Assembly (NCBI GenBank): GCA_963734495.1
Contig: CAVTHK010000007.1
Location: forward strand, 32,001-96,000
From: an uncultured Spirochaetota bacterium
GTDB taxonomy: Bacteria; Spirochaetota; Spirochaetia; SZUA-6; CAVTHK01
Direction of reading: 5' to 3'
DNA length: 64,000 bases
Shown here: in pieces, positions 61,799 to 64,000 of the stretch
Numbering within the stretch: position 1 is the first letter of the stretch
Layout of the letters: each line of letters starts with the position of its first letter
Made by a program: the position numbers and the translations under genes
The notes under the pieces: generated by a model
The model's input: only the letters and a program-made list of their open reading frames with translations
The model's database searches: none
What the model was told of the DNA's origin: nothing

Positions 61799-64000
61799 AT
61801 GCCGGAGAACCTGGTAAAGAGCGTCAGCGACCTGTTGAACGAGGAAAAGTGGACCCGGGCGACGCTGAACAGTTACTCGATCAGCAACTTCAAGGAGCTC
61901 GACGAGACCATCGCGGAGGTGCGCAAGGCGGAGCTGGACTCGGAGATCAAGGATCTCGCCGAGGAGCACCTCAAGCACTCCAAGAACAGCATCATCGCGC
62001 TGTACCTCGCAGGGATCATCAGCCTCCGCAGGCAGCAGGTTGACGATTCGCACCTCGTCGGCCTCATCAACATCTTCACCGACAACCACAAGTGGTCGAT
62101 CGTGGAGTACCTCTGCCAGAGGATCCTCGAGTTCGGCGAGAACAAGTACGCGCTGCGCACGCTGGCCGACTGCTACGAGAACGAGAACGAGCAGCCCAAG
62201 AAGCTGGAGATCTGGGAGCGGCTCATCCGCGTCGACTACGAGGAAGCGGACATCGTGCGCCATCTGGCCGAGCGCAAGGAGGACGAAGGCGCCCTCGAGC
62301 AGGCCGTCGACTATTACAGGAAGGCCCTCCACCGCTACATCAACAAGAAGATGTTCTCCCAGGTCAGGGACGTCTGGGCGAAGCTTCTGGAGCTCAACCC
62401 GAACGACATCGACTTTTACCAGAGGGCGGAGAAGAAGGTCGCCTCCGTGCTGAGCGGCGAGCGCGCCGCCACGCTGCTCGCCACCCTGTACCCCATCTAC
62501 GTCGCCAAGGAGGAGTGGGACACCGCGATCGGCCTGCTCAAGCGGCTGCTGGGCTACGACCCGAGGAACACGGAGGCCAGGGCGCAGATCATCGAGTGCT
62601 ACCGGGCCAAGTACCGCAGCCACAGCCAGCTCGAGGACTACATACGCCTCTCCAACCTGACGCAGTCGTGGCGGAACGTGCACGACGCCATCGCGGACTT
62701 CGAGAAGCACATCTCGTTCGACAAGGGCAACTTCGTCTACCACCGCTCCTGGGGAATCGGCAGAATCCGCGATATAAAGGATGATGTGTTCGTCATCGAC
62801 TTCGCGGCCAAGCGCGACCACCGCATGTCGCTCAAGATGGCCGTCGGCGCCCTGAGCATCCTCCCGGCCGAGCACGTCTGGGTGCTCAAGGCCACCATGA
62901 AGAAGGACGAGCTCAAGGAGAAGATCAAGACCGATCCCGCCTGGGCACTGAAGACGCTGATCCGCAGCTTCGACAACGCGGCCGACATGAAGCGGATCAA
63001 GGCCGAGATCGTCCCCGACGTGCTCACCGCCTCGGAGTGGACCCGCTGGAACAACGACGCCCGGCAGGTGCTCAAGGCCGACCCCGCGTTCGGCAACCTG
63101 GCGGACCGCAAGGACCATTTCGTCGTGCGCGATTCGCCCATCACCTTCGAAGAAAAGACGTTCAACCGGTTCAAGGCGGAGAACAGCTTCTTCGACCGCG
63201 TGCAGGCCATCCGCGACTTCCTCGAGGAGGTCGAGCCCGACAGCGAGTACTTCGAGGAGATGTTCTCCTATTTCAACGGCTTCCTCAAATCGTTCACGAC
63301 CGTCAACGAGACAACCTTCTGCAGCTACCTGCTGGTCCAGCGCATCGTCGCCCGGTTCCCCTACCTCAACCAGAGCCTCGGGTTCGGCTTCGAGGAGCTC
63401 TACCGGCAGGTGGAGGACGTCCCCGCCCTGTTCGCGCGCATCGAGGACGTCGAGCTCCAGCGCGAGTTCCTCCGCAGCGTCGAGCGGATGACGGACGACT
63501 GGGCCGGGATCTTCGCGCGGCTGTTCCGGGGGGCGCCGACGCGCTACATCATCGACGAGCTGGTCGCCCACGACAAGGTCGACACGATCCGCGAGCTCTT
63601 CGCAGGCAGCCTCGAGCAGTACCGCGACCAGCGCGAAAGCTTCGTCTGGCTCGTCCGCAACGTGCTCAGTGAGAGCTGGTTCCAGACGTTCGGGGCGTCC
63701 ATGGAGAAGATCTACATCGCGTCCATCCACCTCCTGGACATCACCTTCCGCGAGATCGAGAACCGGCGCGAGGTCGCCGCCAACAGGAAGCTCAACAAGC
63801 AGATCCAGGACTTCCTCTTCAGGGAGGAGCGGCTTCTCGCGTTTCTCCTCGACGCGGACCAGGATTCCATCTCGCGGCTCTACACGCTCGTCGAGGACGT
63901 CAAGGATCTCGACCCGTCCATCAAGATCCGGCTCAAGCAGCGGATCAAGGAGAAGCACCCGGCCTTCAAGTTCTTCGGCGAGACGCCGGAGGCCCCGGAG
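61799..64000 (+). CDS. greA: long spirochaete-type transcription elongation factor GreA (N-terminal extension; runs off the window)
   Basis: Not in the ORF track. The frame from ATG 61799 reads MPENLVKSVSDLLNEEKWTRATLNSY, with FEKHISFDKGNFVYHRSWGIGRI further in; both are typical of the ~900-aa spirochaete GreA. The GreA domain itself lies beyond the window. Confidence 0.8.
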   Translation, partial: MPENLVKSVSDLLNEEKWTRATLNSYSISNFKELDETIAEVRKAELDSEIKDLAEEHLKHSKNSIIALYLAGIISLRRQQVDDSHLVGLINIFTDNHKWSIVEYLCQRILEFGENKYALRTLADCYENENEQPKKLEIWERLIRVDYEEADIVRHLAERKEDEGALEQAVDYYRKALHRYINKKMFSQVRDVWAKLLELNPNDIDFYQRAEKKVASVLSGERAATLLATLYPIYVAKEEWDTAIGLLKRLLGYDPRNTEARAQIIECYRAKYRSHSQLEDYIRLSNLTQSWRNVHDAIADFEKHISFDKGNFVYHRSWGIGRIRDIKDDVFVIDFAAKRDHRMSLKMAVGALSILPAEHVWVLKATMKKDELKEKIKTDPAWALKTLIRSFDNAADMKRIKAEIVPDVLTASEWTRWNNDARQVLKADPAFGNLADRKDHFVVRDSPITFEEKTFNRFKAENSFFDRVQAIRDFLEEVEPDSEYFEEMFSYFNGFLKSFTTVNETTFCSYLLVQRIVARFPYLNQSLGFGFEELYRQVEDVPALFARIEDVELQREFLRSVERMTDDWAGIFARLFRGAPTRYIIDELVAHDKVDTIRELFAGSLEQYRDQRESFVWLVRNVLSESWFQTFGASMEKIYIASIHLLDITFREIENRREVAANRKLNKQIQDFLFREERLLAFLLDADQDSISRLYTLVEDVKDLDPSIKIRLKQRIKEKHPAFKFFGETPEAPE

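Noticed and set aside
60725-63958. 1077-aa minus-strand ORF and other long antisense ORFs (e.g. 40355-43093, 24444-26858, 32073-34583)
   Set aside because: Shadow frames of real genes caused by high-GC codon bias; no motifs and atypical composition.

Overview
High-GC (roughly 70% by eye) chromosomal window from an apparently free-living spirochaete (Spirochaetia). The assignment rests on cfpA with its PPDK-like neighbour, a vWA gene and a pallilysin-related adhesin, and the long spirochaete-type greA. Contents: carbohydrate and Opp-family ABC uptake clusters with GH42, esterase and amidase genes; a GAF-PtsP; an M1 aminopeptidase; a complete rnfCDGEAB operon preceded by an orphan Na+-type motAB-TPR unit; purB-guaA; uvrD; and a three-gene outer-membrane operon. 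Many genes carry single-base frameshifts, most likely long-read indel errors. No CRISPR array, tRNA/rRNA, transposase or prophage was seen. Two observations stand out. (1) A ~250-nt non-coding array at 60421-60663 has six stem-loops that each present an ANGGAY hexaloop on the minus strand, plus a seventh unit interrupted by a 53-nt insert. It resembles a CsrA/RsmA-binding (CsrB/RsmZ-like) sponge or leader in a spirochaete. (2) The cfpA operon encodes a protein with an HPr-like C-terminal domain and a 'PPDK' whose ATP-binding residues are degenerate, suggesting a dedicated PEP-dependent phosphorelay linked to the cytoplasmic filament.
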